Shown here piece by piece: positions 29,155 to 37,813 of a stretch of DNA of 64,000 bases (positions within the stretch are counted from its first letter, which is position 1; every line of letters starts with the position of its first letter). The DNA lies in the NCBI GenBank assembly GCA_965116315.1, contig OZ220672.1, forward strand, positions 1,636,777 through 1,700,776. The letters are read 5' to 3'. The DNA comes from Dehalococcoidia bacterium (GTDB lineage Bacteria; Chloroflexota; Dehalococcoidia; Lucifugimonadales; CAJWER01). Both the position numbers and the translations under genes were made by a program. Below the pieces are notes generated by a model that saw only the letters and a program-made list of their open reading frames with translations, ran no database searches and was not told where the DNA came from.

Positions 29155-30134
29155 CCGGGACGACGACCTGGGGAACGACCCTTGCCATAATCGCCGGGCG
29201 TGCGGGTGTGGACGTTTCGCTGTGGGCGCGCACCCAGGCCGAGGCCGATGAGATACGCCGGGCCGGCGAGAATCGCCGACTCCTGCCCGGTATCGAGCTG
29301 CCGCCGGGCGTCAACGTAACGGCATCCCCAGGCGAAGCGCTGCGCGGAGCCGAGCTCGTCGTCATCGCCGTGCCCTCGCAGACGATGCGCGCCAACGCCC
29401 GCGCCGTGAGGGAAGCGATAGCCCCTTCGACCGTGGTCGTCAGCGCGACGAAGGGGCTGGAGATCGACTCCGGGAAGCGGATGAGCGAGGTGCTGGCCGT
29501 GGAGCTGCCGCAAGTCCGCGAGAGCCTGTGCGCCCTCTCGGGGCCCAACCTGGCCGGGGAGATCGTGGCGGGGAAGCCGACCTCCACCGTCGTTGCGTCG
29601 GCCAGCCAGGATGCGGCGGACCGGGTCCAGGCCGTGCTCACGTCTCCCCTATTCCGCGTGTACACGAACAGCGACATCGTCGGCGTGGAGCTTGCGGGCG
29701 CGCTCAAGAACATAGTCGCGCTGGGAGCGGGCGTCTGCGACGGGCTCGACATCGGCGACAACGCGAAGGCCACCTTCGTGACGCGAGGCATAGCCGAGAT
29801 CGCGAGGCTGGGAGTCGCCGCCGGGGCGGACCTGATGACCTTCGCCGGGCTGGCCGGAATCGGTGACGTGATCGCCACATGCTCGAGCACGCTGAGCCGC
29901 AACCATCACGTGGGGGTGGAGCTTGCGCGGGGCAGGCCGCTGGCCGAGATCGTGGGCTCGATGACCCAGGTTGCGGAGGGCGTGGACACGACGCGCGCGG
30001 CCCTCAGGCTTGCGGCGTCACTCGGCGTCGAGATGCCCATAACGCAGGTCACCCACGACGTGCTGTTCGAGGGGCTGGAGATCAGGCAGGCCATTGCGGA
30101 CCTGATGGGCAGGGAGCCGGTCTCGGAGTGGTAG
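29136..30134 (+). CDS. gpsA: NAD(P)H-dependent glycerol-3-phosphate dehydrogenase
   Basis: 332 aa from the in-frame ATG at 29136 (MAQVGVAGTTTWGTTLA). Motifs GPNLAGE, LKNIVALGAG, GDVIATC. Confidence 0.9.
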   Translation: MAQVGVAGTTTWGTTLAIIAGRAGVDVSLWARTQAEADEIRRAGENRRLLPGIELPPGVNVTASPGEALRGAELVVIAVPSQTMRANARAVREAIAPSTVVVSATKGLEIDSGKRMSEVLAVELPQVRESLCALSGPNLAGEIVAGKPTSTVVASASQDAADRVQAVLTSPLFRVYTNSDIVGVELAGALKNIVALGAGVCDGLDIGDNAKATFVTRGIAEIARLGVAAGADLMTFAGLAGIGDVIATCSSTLSRNHHVGVELARGRPLAEIVGSMTQVAEGVDTTRAALRLAASLGVEMPITQVTHDVLFEGLEIRQAIADLMGREPVSEW

Positions 30135-30209
30135 AAGGGTAGAGGGCGCCGATAATGTCTCCCAACGCAGGAGCCTAAGAGGGGAAGTCTCCCCGCCCCA
30201 CCCCTCTGG

Positions 30210-30229
30210 GTCCCTGCCTCCGCAGGGAC
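30210..30229. repeat. family C REP hairpin variant
   Basis: GTCCCTGCCTCCGCAGGGAC, with compensatory changes on both arms relative to GTTCCTGC/GCAGGAAC. Confidence 0.7.
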
Positions 30230-30255
30230 GACGGTTTGTGTCGCCGCCCGTCATT

Positions 30256-31167
30256 TCAAACATTTCGGACTACTAGCCTGAGGGCGACCCAGTCGCCGTC
30301 CACGTCGACCCGTTCCAGGTCGAGCCCGGCCTCCTCCAGGCGCTCGACGACGGGTCCCCGCGCCTGATCCAGTATTCCCGAGGCGACAACCCTGCCTCCA
30401 GGCCTGGCCGCCCGGGCGATGTCGGCGGCGAGGCTGCCTATCACCGTGGAGGATATGTTCGCGACCACGACGTCGTATCCGCCGGGCCTGAGGGACGGAT
30501 AGGGCAGCGTGCCCTCGTCGACCTTCACGACCGATGCCACGCCGTTCTGGCGGACGTTTGCGGCCGCCACGTCCACGGCCGTGGAGTCGATGTCGAGGGC
30601 GAGCACGTCGGACGCGCCGAGCCTGGCCGCCGCGATCGACAGGATGCCGGAGCCGCAGCCGAGGTCCAGGACCGAGCCGGCGGGCTCCACGGTCTCTTCG
30701 AGGGCCGCCAGGCACATGGTGGTGGTGGGATGGTGGCCGGTCCCGAAGGCCATGCCCGGGTCGAGCTCGATGATCACCTCGCCCTCCGAGGGCTCGTAGC
30801 TGCGCCACGTGGGCACGATTACGGTGCGCGAGCCGACGTGGAGGGTGTGGAAGTGCTCGCGCCAGCTGTCCTGCCACTCGGCCTCATCGACCTCGCGGCT
30901 CCGGAGCATCGAGACCGGGCCGAGCTGGGCCATGAGCCTGACGCCGACGTCGATGCTCCCCTCGCGGGACTTCGCGGTCGGGCCGACGGGCAGGTACGTC
31001 ATCACCCTGACGTGTCCAGTGTCGGGCGGGGACTCGCCCTCGTCGGGGTTGAATCCGCCGGGCTCCTCGACGGCCACACCGGCGTGTCCGTATTTCAGGA
31101 AGAGGGAAGTGAGGGGCTCCACGAACTCGCGGGGCGCCTGGACGCTGAGCTCCAGCCATTTCCTCAT
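30256..31167 (-). CDS. prmA: ribosomal protein L11 methyltransferase
   Basis: 303 aa. FGTGHHPTT and the SAM motif VLDLGCGSGILSIAAA. Confidence 0.9.
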   Translation of the reverse strand: MRKWLELSVQAPREFVEPLTSLFLKYGHAGVAVEEPGGFNPDEGESPPDTGHVRVMTYLPVGPTAKSREGSIDVGVRLMAQLGPVSMLRSREVDEAEWQDSWREHFHTLHVGSRTVIVPTWRSYEPSEGEVIIELDPGMAFGTGHHPTTTMCLAALEETVEPAGSVLDLGCGSGILSIAAARLGASDVLALDIDSTAVDVAAANVRQNGVASVVKVDEGTLPYPSLRPGGYDVVVANISSTVIGSLAADIARAARPGGRVVASGILDQARGPVVERLEEAGLDLERVDVDGDWVALRLVVRNV

Positions 31168-31190
31168 TGGAGGGACACGGTAGGACGCCG

Positions 31191-31385
31191 GGGAGGGCGG
31201 GTTTCAAACCCGCCCCTACGTGGAAGGGAGCAGGGGCGACGACGGCGGCCAGGGTCGGTCTCAGAGCCGCCCCCACATACGGGGGAGCCGGGGCGACGAC
31301 GGGGAGGGCGGGTTTCAAACCCGCCCCTACGTGGGAGGGTGCTGGGGCGACGACGGCGAGGGCGGGTTTGAGAGCCGCCCCTACT
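31191..31385. repeat. tandem array of four ~56-bp family A units (two perfect, two degenerate hairpins)
   Basis: Perfect hairpins at 31195-31215 and 31306-31326 alternate with degenerate ones (GGTCGGTCTCAGAGCCGCCC, GGGCGGGTTTGAGAGCCGCCC). The array fills the prmA-dnaJ gap. Confidence 0.85.
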
Positions 31386-32505
31386 CCCCGCCAAGGGAGT
31401 CCTTGAACTTGTCGAACCAGCTCTTGTCGCCGCCATTCGTCGATTCGCCCAGGCTCTCGGCCAGCTCCTCGATCAGCTCGCGCTGGCGGTCGGTGAGGGA
31501 GCGCGGCACGTCAACAACGACGGTGACCAGGTGGCTCCCGCGGCGCTTCTCCCTTCCCAGGTGCGGGATACCCAGCCCATCGAGGCGGAGGACGTCACCC
31601 GTCTGGGCGCCGGCGGGTATATCCAGGTCGCGCTCGCCGTCGAGGGTTGGGACCTGCACGGAGGTCCCCAGAGTCGCCTGGGCTATGTTGACGTGCAGGG
31701 AGGCCAGGACGTCGTTGCCGCTCCTCTCGAACAGCGGGTGAGGCCTGACGCGGATGGCAGCGTACAGGTCGCCGGGGCCTCCGCCTCCCACGCCAGCCGC
31801 GCCCTCACCGGTGAGCCGGATCTGCGTGCCGGTCTCGATTCCGGCCGGGACGGATATGGCGATCTTGCGCCTGCGCGCCTCGGTGCCCGCGCCGCCGCAC
31901 GAGCCGCACGGGTCGCTCACCACCCTGCCCTCGCCCCCGCACCGGCCACAGGTCGAGACCTGCATGAACTGTCCGAAGATGCTCTGGGCGGCCCGGCGGA
32001 CCTCGCCCGTGCCGCTGCAGTTGAGGCACGTAACGGGGCTGGTGTCGGGCTCGCTTCGCGTGCCCATGCACCGGCGACAGACCTCCGTGCGCCTGATCTC
32101 GCGCTCCCTCTCGACGCCGAACGCGGCCTCCTCGAAGTCCAGCGTCAGGGTGATGCGGAGGTCTGCGCCCCTCCTTGCCGTGGAGCGGGTGCGCGCGCCG
32201 CCGCCGAAGAAGGCCTCGAAAATATCGCCGAAGCCGCCGAAGTCCGAGTAGCCCTCGAAGCCGGCGCCGCCGTTCATATTGACGCCGGCGTGGCCCAGCC
32301 GGTCGTACCTGGCGCGCTTCTCGGAGTCGGTCAGCACCTGGTAGGCCTCGTTGACCTCCTTGAAGCGCTCGGTGGCGTCGGGGCTCCTGTTGCGGTCGGG
32401 GTGGTACTCGAGGGCGAGTTTCCTGAAGGCCTTGCGCACCTCCTCATCCGAGGCGGTTCGGGGCAGACCCAGGACCTCGTAGTAGTCTCTTTTCTGTGTG
32501 GTCAT
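31381..32505 (-). CDS. dnaJ: molecular chaperone DnaJ
   Basis: J domain ([11 protein letters not shown]), G/F region, and four CxxCxGxG zinc-finger repeats. Confidence 0.95.
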   Translation of the reverse strand: MTTQKRDYYEVLGLPRTASDEEVRKAFRKLALEYHPDRNRSPDATERFKEVNEAYQVLTDSEKRARYDRLGHAGVNMNGGAGFEGYSDFGGFGDIFEAFFGGGARTRSTARRGADLRITLTLDFEEAAFGVEREREIRRTEVCRRCMGTRSEPDTSPVTCLNCSGTGEVRRAAQSIFGQFMQVSTCGRCGGEGRVVSDPCGSCGGAGTEARRRKIAISVPAGIETGTQIRLTGEGAAGVGGGGPGDLYAAIRVRPHPLFERSGNDVLASLHVNIAQATLGTSVQVPTLDGERDLDIPAGAQTGDVLRLDGLGIPHLGREKRRGSHLVTVVVDVPRSLTDRQRELIEELAESLGESTNGGDKSWFDKFKDSLGGE

Positions 32506-32518
32506 GCGAAGGCGGGCG

Positions 32519-33538
32519 CTACCGGCCGCTCACGCCTCCTACCAGCTCGCTCATGACGTCGGCCATGGTGTCGACGACCGACACGGCCTTCTTGTAGTGC
32601 ATGCGTACCGGGCCGACGGCCGCTATGGTGCCGGCCATCTGTCCCGGAACCCCATACCTGGTGATGACGACGCCCATGGGCTGGAGCAGATCGTCGCTGT
32701 TCTCGTGCCCGATGACCACCCTGACGACGGCGGACTCCGGGGCCTGGTCCAGGGTGGCCTGGGCGAGCCGCCCATCCTCGACCGCCTCCACGAAGCCGGC
32801 CAGGGCGTCCCTGTCGGCGAACTCCTGCTGGGCGAACAGGTTCCTGAGGCCGTCCACGTAGTGGTCCACCCTGCCCGCCCGGTCCTCCTCGCGGAGTATG
32901 TCGACGGTGGCCTGGAGCAGGTCCTCTTCGAGGGGGTTGAGGGCCTCGCCGTGCGAGTCGATCTCCTCCCAGGAGAGGCCTCGCACGATGTCCGTGACGC
33001 GGTTGGCCGTGGTGTCGAGCTCCCCGTCGTCCAGGGGCCGGCTGAGGGGGATGAGCTGCCTCCTCAGCCGCGCCTCGTTGAGCACGACGATGAGGAGGGT
33101 CTGCAGGCTTTCGAGGGGCACGAGACGGACCTGCCTGACGCGCGACTCGGGGGCCCTCGGAAACGTGACGATGGCCACGCTGCCCACGAGCCCCGCTAGG
33201 ACGGCGGCGGCGAATTCTGTCCACTCGTCGATCTCCCTCTCCACGTCGATGAAGCGGTCCCTCATCGACCGGCGCTCCGAAGGGACGACCCGGTGAGACA
33301 GGGCGACGGTCTCGACATAGGTGCGGTAGCCGGGGTCCAGGGGGACGCTCCCCGCGGAGGTGTGGGGGCGCGTGATGTACCCACCCTGCTCGAGGCCGGC
33401 CACATCGTTCCTGATGGTCGCGGAGCTGACGCTGAGGTCGTGTGTGCGTACGAGGGTTTGGGAGGCGATGGGCGCACCCGTGTTGATGTAGTCGTCGACT
33501 ATGAGATTTAGGATGTTCGTCGCCCGCTCGGTAAGCAT
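32519..33538 (-). CDS. hrcA: heat-inducible transcription repressor HrcA
   Basis: [18 protein letters not shown] is the typical HrcA N-terminus (ATG at 33538). The track start is a GTG three codons upstream at 33547. Confidence 0.9.
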   Translation of the reverse strand: MLTERATNILNLIVDDYINTGAPIASQTLVRTHDLSVSSATIRNDVAGLEQGGYITRPHTSAGSVPLDPGYRTYVETVALSHRVVPSERRSMRDRFIDVEREIDEWTEFAAAVLAGLVGSVAIVTFPRAPESRVRQVRLVPLESLQTLLIVVLNEARLRRQLIPLSRPLDDGELDTTANRVTDIVRGLSWEEIDSHGEALNPLEEDLLQATVDILREEDRAGRVDHYVDGLRNLFAQQEFADRDALAGFVEAVEDGRLAQATLDQAPESAVVRVVIGHENSDDLLQPMGVVITRYGVPGQMAGTIAAVGPVRMHYKKAVSVVDTMADVMSELVGGVSGR

Positions 33539-33600
33539 CCTGTCCACCGCCAGTGGGGTGCCCCGCGAGGGGGCCGGCTCCGTCGGCGCCTACCTTGAAT

Positions 33601-33627
33601 CTAGCACCCGCATTTCGGGAGTGTCAA
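33601..33627. promoter_or_regulatory. CIRCE-like operator upstream of hrcA
   Basis: CTAGCACCC-N9-GAGTGTCAA compared with the consensus TTAGCACTC-N9-GAGTGCTAA: 7/9 + 7/9 with exact N9 spacing, about 60-90 nt upstream of hrcA. Confidence 0.6.
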
Positions 33628-33804
33628 CTACCGAGTCGCCCGATCACCGGAGGCGGACCCCTAGGGGGCAGACGGCGTCATGTCCCCCGGAAGAGCCGGG
33701 CAGCGCCCGTATTGCTCCCATAGCTGCGACATGCGCGCCGGGCGAGCTGGGAATGTTGGCGGGTGCCGCCCGGAGGGCTGTACAATTGACCTGCGAGCCG
33801 CTTC

Positions 33805-33889
33805 GGGGAAGTGTCGGAACTGGCAGACGAGCATGATTTAGGATCATGTGCCGCAAGGCGTCCGGGTTCGAGTCCCGGCTTCCCCACCA
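33805..33889 (+). tRNA. tRNA-Leu (anticodon UAG), CCA encoded
   Basis: Hand-folded. 7-bp acceptor stem GGGGAAG/CTTCCCC, anticodon stem CATGA/TCATG with loop TTTAGGA, long variable arm GCCGCAAGGCGT, T arm CCGGG-TTCGAGT-CCCGG, discriminator A + CCA. Confidence 0.9.
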
Positions 33890-35469
33890 TGACGTACCGA
33901 TTTGCGAACTCCGCCATTGAGGACGATTTCAGCGGAGTCCGCTCCCCCTAACGGACTGTCATCAGGCGTAGGCATCGAGTAGATGATGGCGGCCTTGCCG
34001 GGCTTGATCTGTATCTCCTTTACGAACGAGTGGACGAAGGCTTTGGTCTCGGTCAGCTCGCTGTCCTTGAGAAACTCGCTCATCTCCTCTGCGAAGGTGG
34101 CGATGGTGTCGGCGCTGTCCAGGTACTGCCGCCGCTCGGCCAGCACCGCCCGTGCCTCGTCTGAGGCGCTCTCCAGACTCTCCTTGCGCCTCTGCAACTC
34201 CACGATATGGTCCGAGGCGGCGGCGATGTCTACGCTGTCGCTCTTCGATATGAAGTGCCAGACGCGGCCCAGTTGCTTCTTCACCTCCTCAAGCTCCGCC
34301 TCGATGCTCTCCAGCTTCTGACGGTGCTCCAAGGCCGCTCCGTCCATCTCCTCGTCCAGGTGCTTTACCAGTTCTCTGATGTTGGACTCGGTGAGAACGT
34401 TGGCGCGAAGCTCATCGACGATGGTGTTCTCGATCTTCTTGGCATTGAGCCTGGGGGTCTTGCAGGTCCCGCTGCCCCTCTTCATCAGGGACTGGCAGAC
34501 GTAGTAGGTGTACTTGCCGCTCTTGGCCTCGGAGGCGGACATGGCCCTGCCGCAGGTCTCGCACTTGAGGATGCCGCTGAGCAGGTAGGGGCTGGACGCC
34601 CGGCGCGGGTTCGCCTGCTTCGGGGCGCGGGAGCCGAGTAGCTTCTTGACCCGCATGTATTCCCGCTTGCTGATGATGGCGGGGTGCGCGTTCTCCACCC
34701 GCACGGGCGGCTGGCGGTCCTTGGCGCTGATTCCCCACACCACGGCCCCCGTGTACGCTTCGTTGTCCAGCATGGCGTGGACGGTGGTCTTCTGCCACTT
34801 CTTGCCGTTGACCGTTGGGATGCCCTCGGCGTTGAGGGTCTTGGTGATGTCGAGGATGCTCCTGCCCTGTAGGGCCATGGCGAAGATGCGCCGGACCATT
34901 GCGTCGGCGGGCGGGTCTAGCTCCAGCCTGGGGCGCTTCTTCGCCCCGTCCTGTACGTGGACCCGCTTGTAGCCGTAGGGTGCGTAGGCCGACATCCAGA
35001 AGCCGCGTGACGCTGCCTCGCGCAACCCCCTGGAGACCTCCTGCGCCAGATTCTCCGAGTAAAATTCGTCCACGCTCTCGATGATGGCCTCCAGGAGCCT
35101 GCCGGTGGGGTTGTCCTCGGCCTGCTCGGTGATGGAGACCACGCGGATGCCCTTGCGCCTGAGCTTCGACTTGAAGGCGACGGCGTGCTCGCGTTTCCGC
35201 GTGAACCTTGAGAATTTCCAGACAAGAATCTCCTTGAAAGGGGCCTCGGGCTTTTCGGCTTCGTCCAGCATCTTCTGGAACTGGGGCCGAGCGGCAATAC
35301 GTCCGCTCTCGGCCTCGTCCACGTATTCGCGGACGATCATGTAGCCGTTCTTCTCGGCGTAGTCCCTGAGCGCCCGCAGCTGGGCGGCCACGGACAGGTC
35401 CACGTCCTGGCGGTCGCTGGAGACCCTGGCGTAGAGGGCTGCCGGCGTCAGATCGAATCGGTCGTTCAT
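33844..35469 (-). CDS. large serine recombinase (integrase)
   Basis: 541 aa from the in-frame ATG at 35469 (MNDRFDLTPAALYARVSSDRQ holds the catalytic Ser motif). Recombinase domain, zinc ribbon CETCG..YYVCQ..GTC, and coiled coil. The last ~15 codons are read from the complement of tRNA-Leu. Confidence 0.9.
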   Translation of the reverse strand: MNDRFDLTPAALYARVSSDRQDVDLSVAAQLRALRDYAEKNGYMIVREYVDEAESGRIAARPQFQKMLDEAEKPEAPFKEILVWKFSRFTRKREHAVAFKSKLRRKGIRVVSITEQAEDNPTGRLLEAIIESVDEFYSENLAQEVSRGLREAASRGFWMSAYAPYGYKRVHVQDGAKKRPRLELDPPADAMVRRIFAMALQGRSILDITKTLNAEGIPTVNGKKWQKTTVHAMLDNEAYTGAVVWGISAKDRQPPVRVENAHPAIISKREYMRVKKLLGSRAPKQANPRRASSPYLLSGILKCETCGRAMSASEAKSGKYTYYVCQSLMKRGSGTCKTPRLNAKKIENTIVDELRANVLTESNIRELVKHLDEEMDGAALEHRQKLESIEAELEEVKKQLGRVWHFISKSDSVDIAAASDHIVELQRRKESLESASDEARAVLAERRQYLDSADTIATFAEEMSEFLKDSELTETKAFVHSFVKEIQIKPGKAAIIYSMPTPDDSPLGGADSAEIVLNGGVRKSVRHGGEAGTRTRTPCGT

Positions 35470-35690
35470 CAGTCTCTCCTCCCTGTCTCTTCCTGTTCGT
35501 TCTGGCGGGAGCGCAGCCATTCCAGCCGCTCCCGTCTGCGCCACTCCCGCTCCTCCATGAACAGGCGGATGGCCTGCCTGAGCAACTCGCTCACGGAGAG
35601 GTCGTCCTTCTTCATCACACTCCGCACCTGCGCCTCCATCTCCGGGGGCAGGGAGAAGGTGATGGTCTTGGAACGCCTGGGGGTGGTCAT
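35469..35690 (-). CDS. ribbon-helix-helix (CopG/Arc-like) protein
   Basis: 73 aa. KTITFSLPPEMEAQVRSVMKKDDLSVSELLRQAIRLFM has the RHH pattern. Its stop overlaps the integrase ATG (ATGA). Confidence 0.7.
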   Translation of the reverse strand: MTTPRRSKTITFSLPPEMEAQVRSVMKKDDLSVSELLRQAIRLFMEEREWRRRERLEWLRSRQNEQEETGRRD

Positions 35691-35775
35691 GCTCTCTCTT
35701 TTTGCCTCTTGTTGTAGTGCTATGTCTTACAATACACTATCGAGGAACCGCATTGCAACTGTCTTGCCAGTGCCA

Positions 35776-36819
35776 TCACACGCCGTATCGCTCCCTCCAG
35801 TAACCTGCCCATTCTGCCGCTTCATCGGGGAGGGAACGGGTCACGGCGTCGAGCAGGGAAGATGGGGCCGCCATGTCGAACTGTGCGGCCGGTTCCTTCA
35901 AAGAAGCCCGCATCACAGCTTCCACCGTATCCAGTCCTGGGAATCGCCGGGCCAGCAAAGGAGAAGTGGTGGTCCTACCGTCGGAGATCGTTCGATAGGC
36001 CCAATTCTCCTGCGGCACTATCACCACCACTTTGGCCTCGTCGATTCCCAACTCGCCATCCTGGACCATGCGGTCTGCCAGAAGTCTCTGGCGCATGATC
36101 TGGTAGAACGGCTCATAGAGGAAATCGTCCAGGTCCGGCGCCACATCCAGATTGAAAGAGGAGAATGAAGCCCGGTAACGCTCGGCGTATCTCCGTCGGC
36201 GCGTGTCGCCTCGCGTCCCTTCGCCCATGAAATGAGGCCGAGTGCTCAGGTATTGCTCGACGTACTTCCACTCCAGAAGATAGGCCCGCCTTCTTCCCTT
36301 CGTGGTTACGGCGACGAGGAAGGCGTCGATGCTGGTGTTCTGAGCTCCCCTGGTCGTGCCTCCCTCCAGGGAACGGCCCAAGCCTATCCACTCGAACTCC
36401 ACGTCCGACTCATTTCCATTGTGAGAGATGTTCACCACACCTGCGACATCACCATCAAGGGTGCGTAGGACCGAAAGGAGCGCCCCTGGGATTCCGGCTA
36501 GGGGCAGCAGGAAGTTGACGCAGGCAACTTGGGAACTGGCCAGATTGCGGGTGGGGCCGTCTGACTTGGTGTCGTCGCCGCTCCTGGAGCTCTTCCACCA
36601 CTTGATCCCGCGCCGGGCGAAGAATTCGATGGCTCCGCCCTCTCCCCGGATGCCGGGATAGAGGTTGTCGAGCTCGCAGCCTATGGCCAGCAGATGGGGG
36701 TTGCGCACGCCCTTGTCGTCGGCAGGATGTCGCCCTTGGCCGCTGACTGTCGGAGATGCGTCCCTGAACAGCTGTTGTCGCCGTTTGGCTGACCGTTCAA
36801 AGCCGGTTCTTGATGGCAT
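35776..36819 (-). CDS. PD-(D/E)XK restriction-endonuclease-like protein
   Basis: Candidate nuclease motif IDAFLVAV...AYLLEWKY (D...ExK). LASSQVACVNFLLPL resembles the SSQ-containing motif of the PGN_0703-type putative restriction enzymes as I remember them. ATG at 36819 is preceded by GAGGAGAG; an alternative GTG is at 36864. Confidence 0.5.
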   Translation of the reverse strand: MPSRTGFERSAKRRQQLFRDASPTVSGQGRHPADDKGVRNPHLLAIGCELDNLYPGIRGEGGAIEFFARRGIKWWKSSRSGDDTKSDGPTRNLASSQVACVNFLLPLAGIPGALLSVLRTLDGDVAGVVNISHNGNESDVEFEWIGLGRSLEGGTTRGAQNTSIDAFLVAVTTKGRRRAYLLEWKYVEQYLSTRPHFMGEGTRGDTRRRRYAERYRASFSSFNLDVAPDLDDFLYEPFYQIMRQRLLADRMVQDGELGIDEAKVVVIVPQENWAYRTISDGRTTTSPLLARRFPGLDTVEAVMRASLKEPAAQFDMAAPSSLLDAVTRSLPDEAAEWAGYWRERYGV

Positions 36820-36880
36820 CCTCTTACTCTCCTCTGCCGTCGTGTCCACCTCAACTGGCTGCACAATCGGCTTGCAGGTC

Positions 36881-37813
36881 CTACCAGGGGCCGACCGCTG
36901 CCGCCGCCGCCACGGGCTTGCGCCTGCGCCCGGGCATGTCCGAGGCGATCATCTGAGGTCCGAGGACGGCGGCGTGGCTCTCGGGCACGGCGACGACCAC
37001 CACCCTCGCCAGCTTCCCGTTCCTGATGACGGGCCGGGCGAGGGCAGCATAGCCGCCGCCCAGGGCGAAGCGCGCTTCGCCGTAGCGGACAGCCTGTTCC
37101 GCCAGGGAGCCTGGGGGTATGGGCCTGCCCCAGCGGGGGATACCGCCCCGCTCTCCGCAGATGGGGAAGCCGGTCGGGTTGCCGAAGCCCCGCGTCCGCC
37201 GGACGACCTTGGCCCGCAGGTCGGGCAGCCTGCTTCCGTTCTTAGAGCCTATCCCGTCCTCCTGGGTGTACAGGACCACCATGAGGGGCGGGTCGCGCAG
37301 CACCTCGGCCAGCCGGATTGACACGGCGGCGTAGGAGCAGCGGAACGCCCGCTGCAACCTCAGCACGTCCAGGCCCCACTCCACGGCCAGTGGCTCGAAG
37401 GCCCTCGGCTGCATGAGCACTGCCGCAGCGAACCGCTCGGCCTGCCGGCACACCTTCCGGTCGGGCGGAGAGCCGGAGTCCATGTCGCAGAGGGTCTCGT
37501 AGATGATCTCGTAGGTCTCGTGTATCACCGAGTAGTCCTGCGTTCCCTCCCACAGGTCCTCCCGGTAGTGGATGTCGTAGCCGCCGCCCGGCGCGCTGTA
37601 GTGGATGCCCTTCACGTCCATGTGCCCGTTGCCCGACACCTCGCCGAACCCGGCCCGCTTCAGCAGGGCCTTCAACTGTTCCATCGAGGGACGGGCGGCC
37701 AGGTCGAAGTAGCGCACGAAGCGGGCGGCTAGGGTCTCAGGGTCTAGGGCCTCGCGGGGGCGTTCTTCCAGAAGGATGCGGCAGAAGTCCTCTCTCGTCC
37801 TGTTCATTCTCAC
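36881..37813 (-). CDS. ImmA/IrrE-family (COG2856) metallopeptidase-like protein with a C-terminal extension
   Basis: IHETYEIIYE sits at the position of HEXXH, followed by CRQAERFAAAVLMQPRAF (typical ImmA E..AN.FA..LLMP region). 310 aa. Overlaps the XRE gene stop. Confidence 0.65.
   Translation of the reverse strand: MRMNRTREDFCRILLEERPREALDPETLAARFVRYFDLAARPSMEQLKALLKRAGFGEVSGNGHMDVKGIHYSAPGGGYDIHYREDLWEGTQDYSVIHETYEIIYETLCDMDSGSPPDRKVCRQAERFAAAVLMQPRAFEPLAVEWGLDVLRLQRAFRCSYAAVSIRLAEVLRDPPLMVVLYTQEDGIGSKNGSRLPDLRAKVVRRTRGFGNPTGFPICGERGGIPRWGRPIPPGSLAEQAVRYGEARFALGGGYAALARPVIRNGKLARVVVVAVPESHAAVLGPQMIASDMPGRRRKPVAAAAAVGPW

Noticed and set aside
31191-31385. Regularly spaced repeats that could be mistaken for a CRISPR array (also 3470..3720)
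   Set aside because: There are only 2-4 units. The inter-repeat segments are themselves repeated rather than unique spacers. The repeat is the dispersed family A REP hairpin found singly elsewhere. No cas genes are present in the window.
31381-33547. hrcA followed directly by dnaJ, without grpE-dnaK
   Set aside because: grpE and dnaK are probably encoded elsewhere. Split heat-shock operons are common, and nothing in the sequence suggests a deletion scar.
33501-33836. 111-aa plus-strand ORF between hrcA and the tRNA
   Set aside because: It spans the hrcA start, the CIRCE-like operator and part of tRNA-Leu. Its composition is not protein-like.
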